Assembly: GCA_043228905.1 (NCBI GenBank)
Contig: JBHGNT010000014.1
Coordinates: 2,418,001-2,482,000, forward strand
DNA length: 64,000 bases
Source: Azolla caroliniana
Taxonomy: Eukaryota; Plantae; Polypodiophyta
Direction: 5' to 3'
The translations under genes and the position numbers were made by a program. Positions 62,704 to 64,000 of this stretch are shown piece after piece (position 1 is the first letter of the stretch; every line of letters starts with the position of its first letter). The notes below the pieces were generated by a model. The model was not told the origin of the DNA, did no database searches, and was given only the letters and a program-made list of their open reading frames with translations.

Positions 62704-64000
62704 TGTCGTGAAGAAAACCGTCCACAAGCGGAATCGGTGCACCAAAGCGTAGGAACCGGCTCTTTATGCACGTGCGCCTTATGTTGTACATAGGAGATCC
62801 TAGGCGGGCAGATTCGGTAGGTAGGAAGTAAAGGGGAAACGGCTCCTTCCTAGCCTATAAAAGGAGGGAGACGAGGAGGAGAAAAGGGGATCGCGGAGAG
62901 TCGAGGACGAAGTGCTGTCGGTTTGCGTGCGAAGGCTTCTCTCTCTCTCTCTTTCTGGTTGCAAACGCCATAGCTTCCTTCTGTGCAGGTTTCGGGAGGC
63001 CCGCGCTGCTCTGAGGAATGCCCGAGTGCTTCCGGCAGCACCTCCAACCTACTCATCCTCCTCTGTGCGTTTACGAGCAGGTATCAGCATCTGTTTGCCG
63101 GCCTGTTCAGTTGTAACCGACTTCGTGTTTTGTTGTCTTCGCGTTCTTGTTGTTTGTCTTTGTTAATACATACATACATTCGTGTCTTTCTGTGTCGCTG
63201 TCCCACTTGCGTCTTTGCGTCGAAGGGCCGTGTCCCTGTGGATCTACGCTCGCACGTAGAGGGTTCTTCCCACTCCTCTCTCGCTCTTTGGTACAGGACC
63301 CCCGAGGTTCCGCCTCATTCCACGCATCCGCGAGGAATACCTCGACATCTTTGGTGAACCCGACGTGAAAGAGGCGGCAGAAGAACAGAAGATGAGGGGG
63401 TCGGATCTTGCAGAGGCCATGGCTCCGGCCGTGGATCGGATATTGAGCACACGCGAGGGCACCGGTGCCCTCGACAGAGCCATTGAGGCGGTCGTCGGTA
63501 CGATCGGCCGTTTCAGCGGAAAGGATGCTACGAAGTATTTGGCGTCCTACGGGGCGGAAATGCTGATGCGGGACATTCCAGAAGAGAGGCGTCTTGCCGG
63601 GTTCCCTCGAGTGGCGATGCCGAGCATCCATGCGGAGGTGCTCGAGGTACGGGCAGAGAGCCGTACCTGGGAGGAGTTCGAAGGCCGACTCCTAGAGAAA
63701 TATGGGCTGGACGACGCGCTCCAGCTTTCGAAACGGGACTTCATGGAATGGGTGGAGTCCCCCGGCAAAGGAAGAAACGTGTCGGCACTCCTCCGGGAGT
63801 TCGAAGAACGCTTTGCGCGCCTTTCGGCGCTTGACCGAACCATTCTGGATACGAGCCGGGTCCTACTGTTCGTCAAGTCGGTGGATGAGCGGGACCGGGA
63901 TCAAGTCGGCTCCTTGCTGGAAACTGAAGACGGGCTGACAACCGACTGGGCTGCGGTTAAGAGAGTCTATAGCCGTTTCGACAAACGGCGAGAATGGGCT
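62704..64000 (+). mobile_element. Gypsy element 5' end (LTR, PBS-Trp, gag), running off the window
   Basis: LTR TGTCGTG...TCGACA 62704-63347. PBS TGGTGAACCCGACGTGA 63352-63368 is complementary to the plant tRNA-Trp 3' end. Confidence 0.85.
63392..64000 (+). CDS. Gypsy gag (partial, appears open to the window end)
   Basis: MRGSDLAEAMAPAVDRIL...RFSGKDATKYL..Y.AEM...TWEEF...L.EKY, directly after the PBS. Confidence 0.7.
   Translation, partial: MRGSDLAEAMAPAVDRILSTREGTGALDRAIEAVVGTIGRFSGKDATKYLASYGAEMLMRDIPEERRLAGFPRVAMPSIHAEVLEVRAESRTWEEFEGRLLEKYGLDDALQLSKRDFMEWVESPGKGRNVSALLREFEERFARLSALDRTILDTSRVLLFVKSVDERDRDQVGSLLETEDGLTTDWAAVKRVYSRFDKRREWA

Overview
Plant nuclear DNA, most likely a fern or other non-seed plant (ndhB fragment with apparently unedited codons, Tcn1-like and Trp-primed gypsy elements). 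There is one intact host gene, a single-exon ARMADILLO REPEAT ONLY (ARO) homologue (7222-9243), plus a plastid ndhB fragment and a probable PPR remnant. Most of the window is nested transposons: one very young intact Ty1/copia (21015-26328, TSD ATTAC), two full-length decayed copia elements of a second family (27358-33290, TSD AGGGT; 56686-62387), solo LTRs, gypsy fragments and a degenerate LINE. A large Sola2-like DNA transposon (~26.7-42.5 kb) has convergent RING/FCP1-like cargo, and its probable introns are filled with TAGCTAATTAGCTA palindromes. The standout feature follows this transposon directly: a ~12.9 kb tandem array (42560-55440) of ~480 bp units. It has 26 tRNA-Gln(TTG)-like starts, several folding into complete 72-nt cloverleafs, each followed by decayed partial tRNA copies. 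It also shows higher-order structure and contains a TSD-flanked tRNA-derived SINE. All coordinates and family assignments were read by eye, with no database search.
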